Source of the DNA: Myxococcota bacterium
Lineage (GTDB): Bacteria > Myxococcota_A > UBA9042 > PHBI01 > JAWLBL01
Length of the DNA stretch: 64,000 bases
NCBI GenBank assembly: GCA_041687695.1
Contig: JAWLBL010000009.1
Location: 139,634 to 203,633, forward strand
Direction of reading: 5' to 3'
In this document: positions 27,927 to 37,153 of the stretch, piece by piece
Layout of the letters: every line of letters starts with the position of its first letter
Position numbering within the stretch: position 1 is the first letter of the stretch
Position numbers and translations under genes: made by a program
Notes under the pieces: generated by a model
Database searches by the model: none
Told to the model about the DNA's origin: nothing
What the model saw: only the letters and a program-made list of their open reading frames with translations

Positions 27927-29071
27927 CCTGGCGCGACGAGCTGCGCCCGGCCTCGTTCCGCGGCGTCCCGTTCGAGGCGACCCAGACCGGCGGCACGTTC
28001 GGCCGCCGCCTGGTCGAGCACGAGTACCCCCAGCGCGACGTCCCCGGGGTCGAGGACCTCGGGCGCGCCATCCGCCCGATCACCCTGACCGCGTTCGTCA
28101 TCGGCGCCGAGTACCGCGCCTCCCGGGACGCGCTGCTCGACGCGCTCGAGGCGCCCGGGCCCGGGACGCTCGTGCACCCCTGGCTCGGCACCCTGCGGGT
28201 CTACGCGCGCCCGGGCTCCTACTCCGAGAGCTCGGCCGAGGGGGGCATGGCGCGGTTCGAGCTGAGCTTCATCGAGGCCGGCTCGGCGTCGTTCCCGTCC
28301 GTCGTCCCCGACACCAAGGCGGCCGCCGTCGCCGCGGCCGACGTCGCGATCGAGGCCGTCGGCGCCGCCGCCGCGAGCGAGCTGCAGGTGAGCGGCGTCG
28401 CCGAGTGGCTCCCCAGCCGCGCGGCCCGCACGCTCACGCGCCAGATCGCCAGCGTCCGCCAGACCATCACCGGCCCGGGCGCCGGCGTCGTCGCCGAGGT
28501 GGCGGCGGTGACCCGCGCCCTCGACAGCATCGACACGAGCTCGCCCATAGACGAGCTGCTCGGCCAGCTCGACGCCGCGCTGCGCCTGGTCGGCTCGGTG
28601 CGGCCGCTGCGCCTCCTGACGACCGAGGCCGGCGCCGCCCCGCCCGCGCTCTCCGGCACGGTGGCCGACCAGGTCGCCGCCATGAACGACTGGGTCATCG
28701 AGCGCGCCGTCGTCCGCGCCGCCCTCGCGGCCACCGTCGCCCTCGCCAGCTCGGAGGCCTGGGACACGCACGACGAGGCCATCGCCCTGCGCGACGAGAC
28801 CGCCGCCCGCATCTCGGCAGAGGCCGAGCTCGAGCAGGACGCCACGGCCTACGCCGCCCTCGTCGATCTGCGCGCGGCCCTCATCGACGACCTCACCGCC
28901 CGCGCCGCCCCCCTGGCCCGCCTGCGCACGATCACCCCGCCGACGGTGACGAGCACCCTCGAGCTGGCCCAGCTGCTCTACGCCGACCCCGCCCGCGCCG
29001 AGGAGATCGCGGCGCGCAACCGCATCTCGCACCCGGGCTTCGTCTCGCGCTCGGTCCTGGTGGTCTCGTGA
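27923..29071 (+). CDS. DNA circularization protein (Mu gpN-like)
   Basis: WRDELRPASFRGVPF, HEYPQRD..VEDLGR, GTLVHPWLG, RNRISHPGFV. Confidence 0.92.
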   Translation: MTWRDELRPASFRGVPFEATQTGGTFGRRLVEHEYPQRDVPGVEDLGRAIRPITLTAFVIGAEYRASRDALLDALEAPGPGTLVHPWLGTLRVYARPGSYSESSAEGGMARFELSFIEAGSASFPSVVPDTKAAAVAAADVAIEAVGAAAASELQVSGVAEWLPSRAARTLTRQIASVRQTITGPGAGVVAEVAAVTRALDSIDTSSPIDELLGQLDAALRLVGSVRPLRLLTTEAGAAPPALSGTVADQVAAMNDWVIERAVVRAALAATVALASSEAWDTHDEAIALRDETAARISAEAELEQDATAYAALVDLRAALIDDLTARAAPLARLRTITPPTVTSTLELAQLLYADPARAEEIAARNRISHPGFVSRSVLVVS

Positions 29072-30219
29072 CGGCCCTGGCCCCGAGCAACCTGGTCCGC
29101 CTGCTGGTCAACGGCCGCTGGCACGAGGGCTGGACGTCGGCGACGGTCACCCGCGACATCGAGCAGCTCGCGGCGACGTGGTCGGTCTCGCTCGCCTCGA
29201 CGTACCCGGACCAGGTCGGCCTGACCAGCCTGCGCGCCGACGACCTGGTCGACATCTACATCGGCGACGACCTGGTCATCACGGGATTCGTGGACCAGGC
29301 CGGCGTCGAGGAGGACGCGAAGAGCTCGTCGGGCGTCGCCTCCGGCCGCTCCCGCACCGGCGAGCTCGCCGACTGCAGCCCCGACCCGGACGGGCCGGTG
29401 ACGTTCCGCAACCAGAAGCTCGAGGTGATCGCCGAGCAGCTCGCCGACTACTACGACGTCGAGGTGGTCTGCGATGTGGACACCGGGCCGCGGCTCGGCC
29501 GCCTGCGCATCCAGACCGAGGAGAGCGTGTTCGACTCGATCGAGCGCGCCTCGCGCGACCGGGGCCTGTTGCTGACCGACGATGCCTGGGGCCGCCTGGT
29601 CATGACCCGCGCCGGAACCGGCCGCGCGGACGACCCCCTCGTGCGCGGGCCGCGAGGGAACATCCTGCAGGGCGGCGCGCGGGCGGTCAGCTCGGGCCGC
29701 TTCAGCGAGTACAGGGTGAAGGGCCAGCGCGCGGCAGGCAGCGACTGGGACTCCGGCGCCGACGTCACGGCGGCCGTTGGCGGCGCGCGCGACGTCGACC
29801 TGCAGCGACGCAGGGTCAAGGTCATCAAGCCGTCGGGCGCGGCCGACGCGGCCCGGTGTCGCGAGCTGGCCGAGTGGGAGGCGACGACCCGCGCCGGCAA
29901 GGGGCTGACGGCCGCGTACATCGTGCAGGGCTGGCGGCAGAGCACGGGCCGCCTCTGGGCGACCAACGAGAGGGTCCTCGTCACCGATCCCCGCGTCGGG
30001 TTCGCGGCGACCGAGCTGCTCATCACGGCCGTGACCTTCAGCCTCGACGCCCGCGCCGGCTCGCTCACCGCCCTACAGCTCGCCCCCGTACAGGGCTTCG
30101 CCCCGCCGCCGGCGCGGCAGCCGGGGACCGGGGGCGGTGGGACCCTCAAAGAGCTGAGCAACGGCGCCGAGCTGCCGTACTGGTCCCGCATCCTCACCTC
30201 CGTGCAGAACGAACGATGA
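29068..30219 (+). CDS. Baseplate hub protein (Mu gpP/gp44-like)
   Basis: VNGRWHEGWTS, GRSRTGELADCS, RFSEYRVKGQ, VQGWRQSTGRLW. Confidence 0.9.
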   Translation: MTALAPSNLVRLLVNGRWHEGWTSATVTRDIEQLAATWSVSLASTYPDQVGLTSLRADDLVDIYIGDDLVITGFVDQAGVEEDAKSSSGVASGRSRTGELADCSPDPDGPVTFRNQKLEVIAEQLADYYDVEVVCDVDTGPRLGRLRIQTEESVFDSIERASRDRGLLLTDDAWGRLVMTRAGTGRADDPLVRGPRGNILQGGARAVSSGRFSEYRVKGQRAAGSDWDSGADVTAAVGGARDVDLQRRRVKVIKPSGAADAARCRELAEWEATTRAGKGLTAAYIVQGWRQSTGRLWATNERVLVTDPRVGFAATELLITAVTFSLDARAGSLTALQLAPVQGFAPPPARQPGTGGGGTLKELSNGAELPYWSRILTSVQNER

Positions 30220-30752
30220 GCGTCATCGACCGCCTCACCGCCATGACCCGCGGCCTCATCTCGCGCGGCCGGGTGCGCCTGGTCGACGACGCCGGCCGCG
30301 CGCAGTCCCTGCAGGTCGAGGTCCACCAGGGCGAGACCGACGACGACGTCGAGCACCTGCAGCCCTACGGCCTGACCGCGGTGCCCCTCGCTGGCGCCTC
30401 GGCGCTCGTCGTCCGCGTCGGGGCCGCCGCCAACCATCCCGTGGTCCTCATGGTCGAGGACCGCCGGTACCGCATCACCGGGCTCGAGGGCGGCGAGGTG
30501 GCCCTGTACGACGACCAGGGCCAGGCCGTGATCCTCCGCCGGGACGGCATCGAGCTGGTCACGCCGCACGAGATCCGGCTCGGCGAGGGCGCCGATGCGG
30601 GGGTGGCCCGCGTCGGGGATGAGGTCGAGGTCACCATCCCGACCGAGGGGCTGACCGTTGAGGGGCCGGGCGGCGTGTCGACCAACACGGCGCCGGTGAC
30701 GATCACGGGCACCATCACCAGCGCGTCGACCAAAGTGAAGGCGGTGAGCTGA
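30216..30752 (+). CDS. Baseplate spike protein (gpV/Mu gp45-like)
   Basis: VEHLQPYGLTAVP, DRRYR..LEGGEVALYDDQG. Confidence 0.9.
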   Translation: MSVIDRLTAMTRGLISRGRVRLVDDAGRAQSLQVEVHQGETDDDVEHLQPYGLTAVPLAGASALVVRVGAAANHPVVLMVEDRRYRITGLEGGEVALYDDQGQAVILRRDGIELVTPHEIRLGEGADAGVARVGDEVEVTIPTEGLTVEGPGGVSTNTAPVTITGTITSASTKVKAVS

Positions 30753-32329
30753 TGGCGACGCTGCTGAGCGAGGGCTTCGAGGCTGGGGCGCTGCCGGCCG
30801 GCTGGGCGACGAGCAGCCCGACCGCGAAGCCGAACACGTGGGCCGTCGGCAGCACCATCGGCGGCACCAACGGCCCTACCTCGGCCTACGCGGGCTCGTG
30901 GGTCCTCGCGACCAACCCAAGCGGCAACCACGCCAGCGACGAGGAGAGCGTCGTCGACGTCGAGCTGCCCGACCTGACGCAGTACGAGTCGGCCGTCCTG
31001 AGCTGGGCCCAGTGGCTGACCGTCGTCAACACGACGACCAGCGGCGCCCAGATCCACCTCTCGACGGACGGGGGCGCGACCTGGGCGGGCGTGGCGACGG
31101 GCCTCCTGTCCCCGGGCTACTCGGCCTCCGCGCCCGACGCCAGCGCCGGCGTGCTGCTGCCCACGATCGGCCGATGGGAGGGCACCGGATCGTCCTGGGT
31201 GCCGGTGACGTGCGACCTCGAGGCCGCGCTCGGCGCGTCCCCGCGCGACCAGGTCGTGCTGCGCTTCGCCTTCGAAGCGCGCCTCAACGAGAACACCCGC
31301 GCCGGCTGGTACCTCGACGCCGTCACGCTGACGGCCGACCCGGTCGACGAGACCCCGCCCGAGGTCGCGATCACCTCGGGCGACGAGGCGACGGCGACCC
31401 CGTTCGAGATCACGGGCACCGCGAGCGACGACCTGACCGGCGTCGACCTGGTCGAGGTGCGCGTCGCCGGCGGCGACTGGGAGCCTGCGACCGGGACGAA
31501 CGCCTGGACCTACTCGGCCGAGCTCGAGGAGGGCGAGAACTCCATTGAGGTCCGGGCGACCGACGGCGCCGACAACGTCTCCGACATCGTCACGCAGACG
31601 GTCACGCTCGACAGCATCGCGCCCACGGTGACGATCACGTCGGTCGCGGGCCTGGTCCCTTCCGCCGACTACCTCCTCGAGGGCACCGCCGAGGACGCGA
31701 CCAGCGGCGTCGTCCTGGTGGAGGTGCGCGTCGCCGGCGGCGACTGGGTCGAGGTCGAGGGCACGGCCACCTGGTCGCTCGGGATGCAGCTCGAGCCGGG
31801 CGTGACGCTCCTCGAGGCGCGCGCCACGGACGCGTTCGGCAACGTCTCCGAGCCGGTCTCGGTAGAGGTCCTCTTCGTGACGCCCCAGATCGCCCCCCTC
31901 GCCGCGACCCTCGACTGGGCCCCCGTCGACGAGACCCACTGGCTCGACGACGCCGAGGTGCTCGAGGTCGCCGTCGTGTCCTCGCTGTGGACCTGGCGGC
32001 GCGCCGAGGACGACGACGCCCTCCCGACGCCCGACGCCGACCGCCAAGGCTGGTGGGGTGATGCGCTCGCCGGCTTCAGCCACGGCTCCCGGCTGTGGCT
32101 GCTGCAGCGGGCCCGCGCGTCCGCCGAGACCGCCTCCCGCGCCCGGGAGTACGCGCGAGAGGCCCTGGCCTGGATGGTCGACGAGGGGCTCGTCAGCCGC
32201 GTCGACGTCACGGCCGAGCGCACGGCCACCCACACCATCGCGCTGACCGTGGATCTGTACCGCGCCGAGGACGGCCGCGCCTCGATGCGCTTCGGCGACC
32301 TCTGGGCCGCGCTCGAGGAGACCTCCTGA
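30752..32329 (+). CDS. Mu gp46-like baseplate protein fused to a beta-sandwich domain and two Ig-like domains
   Basis: C-terminal SLWTWRRA..GWWGD..GSRLWLLQR..YAREALAW; internal repeats D.TPP.V.IT..GTA.D..GV..VEV..RATD..N. Confidence 0.8.
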   Translation: MATLLSEGFEAGALPAGWATSSPTAKPNTWAVGSTIGGTNGPTSAYAGSWVLATNPSGNHASDEESVVDVELPDLTQYESAVLSWAQWLTVVNTTTSGAQIHLSTDGGATWAGVATGLLSPGYSASAPDASAGVLLPTIGRWEGTGSSWVPVTCDLEAALGASPRDQVVLRFAFEARLNENTRAGWYLDAVTLTADPVDETPPEVAITSGDEATATPFEITGTASDDLTGVDLVEVRVAGGDWEPATGTNAWTYSAELEEGENSIEVRATDGADNVSDIVTQTVTLDSIAPTVTITSVAGLVPSADYLLEGTAEDATSGVVLVEVRVAGGDWVEVEGTATWSLGMQLEPGVTLLEARATDAFGNVSEPVSVEVLFVTPQIAPLAATLDWAPVDETHWLDDAEVLEVAVVSSLWTWRRAEDDDALPTPDADRQGWWGDALAGFSHGSRLWLLQRARASAETASRAREYAREALAWMVDEGLVSRVDVTAERTATHTIALTVDLYRAEDGRASMRFGDLWAALEETS

Positions 32330-33417
32330 TGGCGACCACCGGATTCACTCGCCCCTCGCTGGGCACCATCGTCACCCGCGCCCGGGCCGACCTGGTCGCG
32401 GCCCTCTCCAACCCCGCGGCCAAGGCCAGGGTGAACATCCGCGGCACGCTGGAGTGGGGCCTGTCGGCCGTCCTCGCCGGCGCCTCCCACTTGCTGCACG
32501 GGCACCTCGACTGGATCGCCCGGCAGGTCCTGCCCGACACCGCGGACGACGCCTCCCTCGACCGCCACGCGGCGATCTGGGGCCTGACCCGCCGCCCCGC
32601 CGTCGAGGCCTCGGGCGACGTCGTTCTCGAGGGCGACAACGGCACGGTGGTCCCGGTCGGCTGGCGCATCCTCCGGGTCGGCGACGGGGCGGTCTACCTG
32701 GTGGACGAGGAGGCCACCGTCGCCAGCGGCGAGGTCACGGTGTCGGTCACCGCCGAGGCGCCGGGCGCCGCGGGCGACACCGCCGCCGGCGCCGCGATGC
32801 GCCTCGAGTCCCCGATCGCAGGCCTCGCCAGCGAGGGCGAGGTGGGCGAGGGCGGCCTCGAGGGCGGCGTCGACGTCGAGACCGACGACGCCCTGCGCGC
32901 GCGCATCCTGGCCCGCATCGCCTCCCCGCCCCAGGGCGGCGCGGAGGCCGATTACGAGGCCTGGGCCCTGGCCGTCTCTGGTGTCGGCCGCGTCTGGGTC
33001 GTGCCGGCCGGCCTGGGTGCGGGGACGGTCGTCGTCCGCTTCATCACCGACGACGTCGACGACCCCATCCCCGCCAGCGTCGCCGCCGTGCAGGCGTACA
33101 TCGACGAGCTCGCGCCCGTGACCGCCTCCGTCTACGTCCTGGCGCCCGAGGCCCTGACCGTCGACCTCGAGGTGGCCCTGAACCCGGACACCGCCGACGT
33201 GCGCGCCGCCGTCGAGGCCGAGCTGCGATCGCTGTTCTTCCGCGAGGGCGAGCCGGGCACGACCATCGCCAACAGCCAGATCCGCGCCGCCATCTCGGCC
33301 GCCGAGGGCGAGGTCTCGCACACCCTCGACGACATCAACAGCGACGGCACCGGCCTGTCGGACTTGGTCATCGCCGCCCACCAGTTCCCCGTCCTGGGCG
33401 CCGTCACCTGGAGCTGA
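32329..33417 (+). CDS. Baseplate J/Mu gp47 protein
   Basis: WIARQVLPDTAD, GGVDVETDDALRAR, PPQGGAEADYEAWA. Confidence 0.93.
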   Translation: MATTGFTRPSLGTIVTRARADLVAALSNPAAKARVNIRGTLEWGLSAVLAGASHLLHGHLDWIARQVLPDTADDASLDRHAAIWGLTRRPAVEASGDVVLEGDNGTVVPVGWRILRVGDGAVYLVDEEATVASGEVTVSVTAEAPGAAGDTAAGAAMRLESPIAGLASEGEVGEGGLEGGVDVETDDALRARILARIASPPQGGAEADYEAWALAVSGVGRVWVVPAGLGAGTVVVRFITDDVDDPIPASVAAVQAYIDELAPVTASVYVLAPEALTVDLEVALNPDTADVRAAVEAELRSLFFREGEPGTTIANSQIRAAISAAEGEVSHTLDDINSDGTGLSDLVIAAHQFPVLGAVTWS

Positions 33418-33420
33418 CCC

Positions 33421-33960
33421 GTGCTGATCCGCCTCGCCGCTTCCGCCTACCGCGGGCTCCTCGGGCGCCTCCTTCCCAAGGGGCCGTTCTGGCTGCGCCG
33501 CTTCCCCGGCCAGCTGCTCGACGGCGCCGCGCCCGAGCTGGCCCGCGTCCACGACCGAGGGCAGGACCTCATCGAGGAGGCCGACCCGCGAACCGCCGAC
33601 GAGCTGCTCGCGGCCTGGGAGCGCAACGTCGGCCTGCCCGACGACTGCGGCGGCACGCCGGCCACCGACGACGAGCGCCGCGCCCTCGTCCACGCGCGCC
33701 TCACCGCCAGGGGCGGTGCGACCGAGGCCTACTTCGTCGAGCTCGCCGCCCGCCTCGGCGTCGAGATCACCGTCAGCTACTACCAGCAGTTCCTGGTCGA
33801 CTACTCCGACGTGGGCGACCCGCTCTACTCCGACGAGTGGCCCCACGTCTGGCTGGTCACCGCGCCGGCCTCGACGTCGAGCGACCTGCGCGCCCGCCTC
33901 GAGTGCCTCTTCCTCCGGGTGCGCCCGGCCCACACCATCCCCCTCTTCGAGTACGTCTGA
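33421..33960 (+). CDS. YmfQ/DUF2313 (Mu gp48-like) baseplate protein
   Basis: LLPKGPFW, EADPRT.ELL..WER..GLPD, LEC....RPAHT. Confidence 0.9.
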   Translation: MLIRLAASAYRGLLGRLLPKGPFWLRRFPGQLLDGAAPELARVHDRGQDLIEEADPRTADELLAAWERNVGLPDDCGGTPATDDERRALVHARLTARGGATEAYFVELAARLGVEITVSYYQQFLVDYSDVGDPLYSDEWPHVWLVTAPASTSSDLRARLECLFLRVRPAHTIPLFEYV

Positions 33961-33969
33961 GGACCCGCC

Positions 33970-35760
33970 ATGAAGCGCATCACCCACCCGACGACCGCCT
34001 CCGAGCTGCCGACCCCCGCCGAGACCGGCGACCCGGGCTACTTCACCGGGGGCAACCCCGGGATCGGGGTCCCCGCCACCCGCCTGACCGCAGACTGGGC
34101 CAACCGCGTCCAGGAGGAGATCTGCGCCGTCGTCGAGGACGTCGGCGGGGTGAGCCTCGACGGCGAGGACAACGGCCAGATGGCGGCGGCCCTGCACGGG
34201 GCGCGCGGCATCCGGAGCGGCGACGCCGGCGGCGTGAGCGGGCCGACGCCCGACCAGGCCGCGGTGGTCGCGTCGTCAGCCGGGACGGCAGACGGCCTCA
34301 CCTCCCTCGTCGGGGCCAGCAGCGGGTCGCGGACGAACGCCGGCGGCTGGGACACGGCCGTGCTCGCCAGCAGCGGCGGCGTGGCCGTCGGCAACCAGTC
34401 CGCCGTGATCGCCTCGCGCGATACGTCGCCGTCGACGCCCTGCGAGGTGCACGGCGACCGCAGCGCCATCATGGCCTCGTCCGTCGCCACCATCCCGACC
34501 GGCGCGGCGCAGACCGCCATCGTCGGCTCGACCTCGGCCGAGGCCGCGGCGACGACCAGCAACGCCCTCGCGGCCGCCAGCTCGAGCGCCAGCCTCGACG
34601 GCGACCAGGTGGCGGTCATCGCCGGCGGCGGCAGCACGGGCGCCTCGTCGTCGAAGGCCGCGGCCATCGCCGGCGACGGCTCGGCCACCGGGACGAAGGC
34701 CGCCGTCCTCGGCGGCGACGGGACCGCCTCGGGCACGGCGGCCGCCGTGATCGCGAGCGACTCCGACTGCGAGGCCTCCGTCTCGCGCTCGGCCGTGATC
34801 GCCTCCCAGAACTCGGACGCCGGCGCCGCGACCAAGGCCAACGCGGCCGCCGTCGCGAGCGTGAACAGCGCCGCGACCGGTGACCAGACGGCCTCCCTGG
34901 CCTCTCAGGGCGCCGTCGTCAGCGGCACCAACGCGGCGGCCGTCGCCTCGGTGTCGAGCCAGGCGAGCGGCGCCCAGTCGGCAGCGCTGGCGTCGCAGGG
35001 GGGGATCGCCTCGGGCGACAACGCCGCGGTGCTCGCGTCCACCAGCGCGATCGCGTCGGGCGACCAGGCGGCCGTCATCGGGTCCTCGGACTCCGACGCC
35101 ACGGCGGCGCGGGCGGTGACGGTCGCGTCGAGGTACACCATCAACGACATCGCGCAGAGCATCGCAGGCGGTGACGATCCGACCGGGACACCGGAGCCGA
35201 GCACCGGGAACCAGACGTGGCGGATCGAGTCGGTCACTGGCCTCATCACCTGCGACTCGCTGACGGAGACCGGCGCCGACTACGCCGAACTGTTCCCCAA
35301 CGCCAGCCCGGGCACCCTGCCTCACGGCCGGCTGGTCGCGCTCGAGGGTGAGGCCGTCCGGCTCGCCGGTCCCGGAGACGACCCGATCGGCATCACGTCG
35401 GCCCGGCCGGCCATCCTGGGCGACGCGGCGTGGTCGAGCTGGTCGGGGCGCTGGGTCCGCGACGTGTTCGGGGCCTACGTCCTCGACGACGAGGGACGCC
35501 GCATCCAGTCCCCCGACTACGACCCGGCGCGTCCCTACGTCCCGCGCACCCAGCGCCCCGACGAGTGGACCGCCGTCGGACTCGTCGGCAAGCTTCCGCT
35601 GGCCATCGACCAGACCGTCAAGCCGGGCGACTACGTGCGGCCCGGGCCGCACGGCATCGGCACCAAGTCGGCCAAGCGCACGGGCGTCCGCGCGATGATC
35701 ATCCTCGCCGAGCACGACCAGGACGCCGGATACGCGGTCGCCAGGTGCCTCGTCCGCTGA
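33970..35760 (+). CDS. Tail fibre/spike with Ser/Ala-rich repeats and C-terminal peptidase G2 autocleavage domain
   Basis: N-terminal YFTGGNP..PAT...DWANRVQEEI; C-terminal GADYAELF..PAILGD..DYDP..YVPR..RPDEW..VGLVGK. Confidence 0.85.
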   Translation: MKRITHPTTASELPTPAETGDPGYFTGGNPGIGVPATRLTADWANRVQEEICAVVEDVGGVSLDGEDNGQMAAALHGARGIRSGDAGGVSGPTPDQAAVVASSAGTADGLTSLVGASSGSRTNAGGWDTAVLASSGGVAVGNQSAVIASRDTSPSTPCEVHGDRSAIMASSVATIPTGAAQTAIVGSTSAEAAATTSNALAAASSSASLDGDQVAVIAGGGSTGASSSKAAAIAGDGSATGTKAAVLGGDGTASGTAAAVIASDSDCEASVSRSAVIASQNSDAGAATKANAAAVASVNSAATGDQTASLASQGAVVSGTNAAAVASVSSQASGAQSAALASQGGIASGDNAAVLASTSAIASGDQAAVIGSSDSDATAARAVTVASRYTINDIAQSIAGGDDPTGTPEPSTGNQTWRIESVTGLITCDSLTETGADYAELFPNASPGTLPHGRLVALEGEAVRLAGPGDDPIGITSARPAILGDAAWSSWSGRWVRDVFGAYVLDDEGRRIQSPDYDPARPYVPRTQRPDEWTAVGLVGKLPLAIDQTVKPGDYVRPGPHGIGTKSAKRTGVRAMIILAEHDQDAGYAVARCLVR

Positions 35761-35810
35761 AGCCTTGCAGCCCACGTCCGTCCGCCGCATCCTGCTCCGA
35801 GGAGGTAGGT

Positions 35811-36371
35811 ATGCGTTGGATGGTCGCGATTGCGCTGGTGTGCGCTGGGTGCGACGTGGAGGCCGAGCCCCAAGAACATGCACCGGTCAGCACGTCGTTC
35901 ATGGGAGCCGAGCCACCGTGTCCAGAGGGTGCGGTGGCTCGGGGTGACGCGCCGCCCATGGGTCTCGAGCTTTGGTGTGAGAAGCCGAGCGGCACGAGAC
36001 ACGGCTACCACGTCAAGTGGAATCTCGATGGCCTGGTCACGCGCCGCGAGGCCTACGCAGATGGCTTGCGCCATGGACTCACCCAGCTTTGGGACGACCG
36101 CGGTCGAATGACGCATGAGACGCCATACGAGAGAGGGCGAGAGCACGGCGAAGTGTTGCGGTGGGTCTTCAATGAGGACGACCCTGTGCGCCATTCGTCC
36201 ACCGCGTACAAGCACGGTCTCATGCACGGGTGGTCCCGGTCATGGTTCGGGGACATCCTGATAAATGAAGGGGAGCGCCGGGACGGTAGCGCGTGCGGGA
36301 CCCACAAGAGCTGGCACGATGACGGTACGCCCAAGAGCACAAAGGTTTTCCCGCCCTGCGAGCCCCTCTGA
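35811..36371 (+). CDS. Putative lipoprotein with MORN-variant (YwqK-like) repeats, moron
   Basis: GGAGG RBS; signal peptide ending in CAGC; repeated HG...W..Y..G units; lower GC. Confidence 0.7.
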   Translation: MRWMVAIALVCAGCDVEAEPQEHAPVSTSFMGAEPPCPEGAVARGDAPPMGLELWCEKPSGTRHGYHVKWNLDGLVTRREAYADGLRHGLTQLWDDRGRMTHETPYERGREHGEVLRWVFNEDDPVRHSSTAYKHGLMHGWSRSWFGDILINEGERRDGSACGTHKSWHDDGTPKSTKVFPPCEPL

Positions 36372-36374
36372 CCC

Positions 36375-37073
36375 TCAGCCCTTCCGCGGCCGCGCCGTGT
36401 CGATCGCCCGCTGGATCGCCTTCCTCGCGTTCCGGGGCCACGCCTCGCGGACGGCCTCCTCGACCTGGGCGCGGAAGGGCCACCGGGGCGTGACGTCCAC
36501 CGAGCCGCGCAGGACGTAGATCAGGCGGACCGTCGAGTTCTTGCCCTTGCCGATGCGCTTGAACAGCAGCGCCGATCCGGTCCCGGGCTGGTTGACGATG
36601 AAATAGCGGTTCCGGATGGCGACCCGCTCGCCCGTCGCCTTCTGCGTCCTGAACTTCTGGGTCAGCAAGCCAGCCGGCCAAAGCCGCTTGCCGGTCCGGT
36701 GCTGCAGCGTCGGCCGAGCGGTGCCCGTGCCCACCTGGGGGATCGCGACCGTCCGGGTGCCCTGCTCGGGCGTCTTCGGCCCCGCCCCGCCCCCGATCAC
36801 GTGCCGGCCGAGGAACTTCGTCTCGTCGATGCTGTGGACACGCGCGACCGGCGTCGTCTTCGTCGCCGGCTGCACGCGGATCCCGGCCGCCACGAACTTC
36901 GACCGCAGCGTGAACGTGTCGCCGAGCTGCTCGCGAACCGCGGCCTGCGCGTCCTTTGCGGTCCAGGTGAGGGCGAGGGCGAGGGCGAAGGGCATCTGCC
37001 GCCGTCCTAGGTCCCGGAGGAGGTGGGTGAAGCTCTCGTCGTGGTCCAGGCGGAAGCGGATGTCGATGCTCAT
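36375..37073 (-). CDS. Phage morphogenesis/tail-completion-like protein, opposite strand
   Basis: QMPFALALALTWTAKDAQ..TF..ATK..PRWPF; basic protein with its own copy of the late-promoter motif. Confidence 0.6.
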   Translation of the reverse strand: MSIDIRFRLDHDESFTHLLRDLGRRQMPFALALALTWTAKDAQAAVREQLGDTFTLRSKFVAAGIRVQPATKTTPVARVHSIDETKFLGRHVIGGGAGPKTPEQGTRTVAIPQVGTGTARPTLQHRTGKRLWPAGLLTQKFRTQKATGERVAIRNRYFIVNQPGTGSALLFKRIGKGKNSTVRLIYVLRGSVDVTPRWPFRAQVEEAVREAWPRNARKAIQRAIDTARPRKG

Positions 37074-37153
37074 GGCCCCAGCGTGCCACGTCCTGGCCGC
37101 CAACTCCGGGTCCGACCCGGAGCGTTTGGCCGAGCTGGGCGATGATGCGGTGC
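37074..37153. promoter_or_regulatory. Divergent pair of putative late promoters (copies 3 and 4)
   Basis: Minus strand: GACCCGGAG(37112)-N18-CACGCT-N6-ATG 37073. Plus strand: GACCCGGAG(37114)-N18-GATGAT-N7-ATG 37154. Confidence 0.65.

Noticed and set aside
23853..35760. Tailocin, eCIS or T6SS
   Set aside because: Terminase, portal, capsid, replication and immunity genes are contiguous, so this is a phage tail
15745..35760. Lambda-type head with Mu-type tail as a novel architecture
   Set aside because: Mu-like contractile tails on non-transposable temperate phages are already well known
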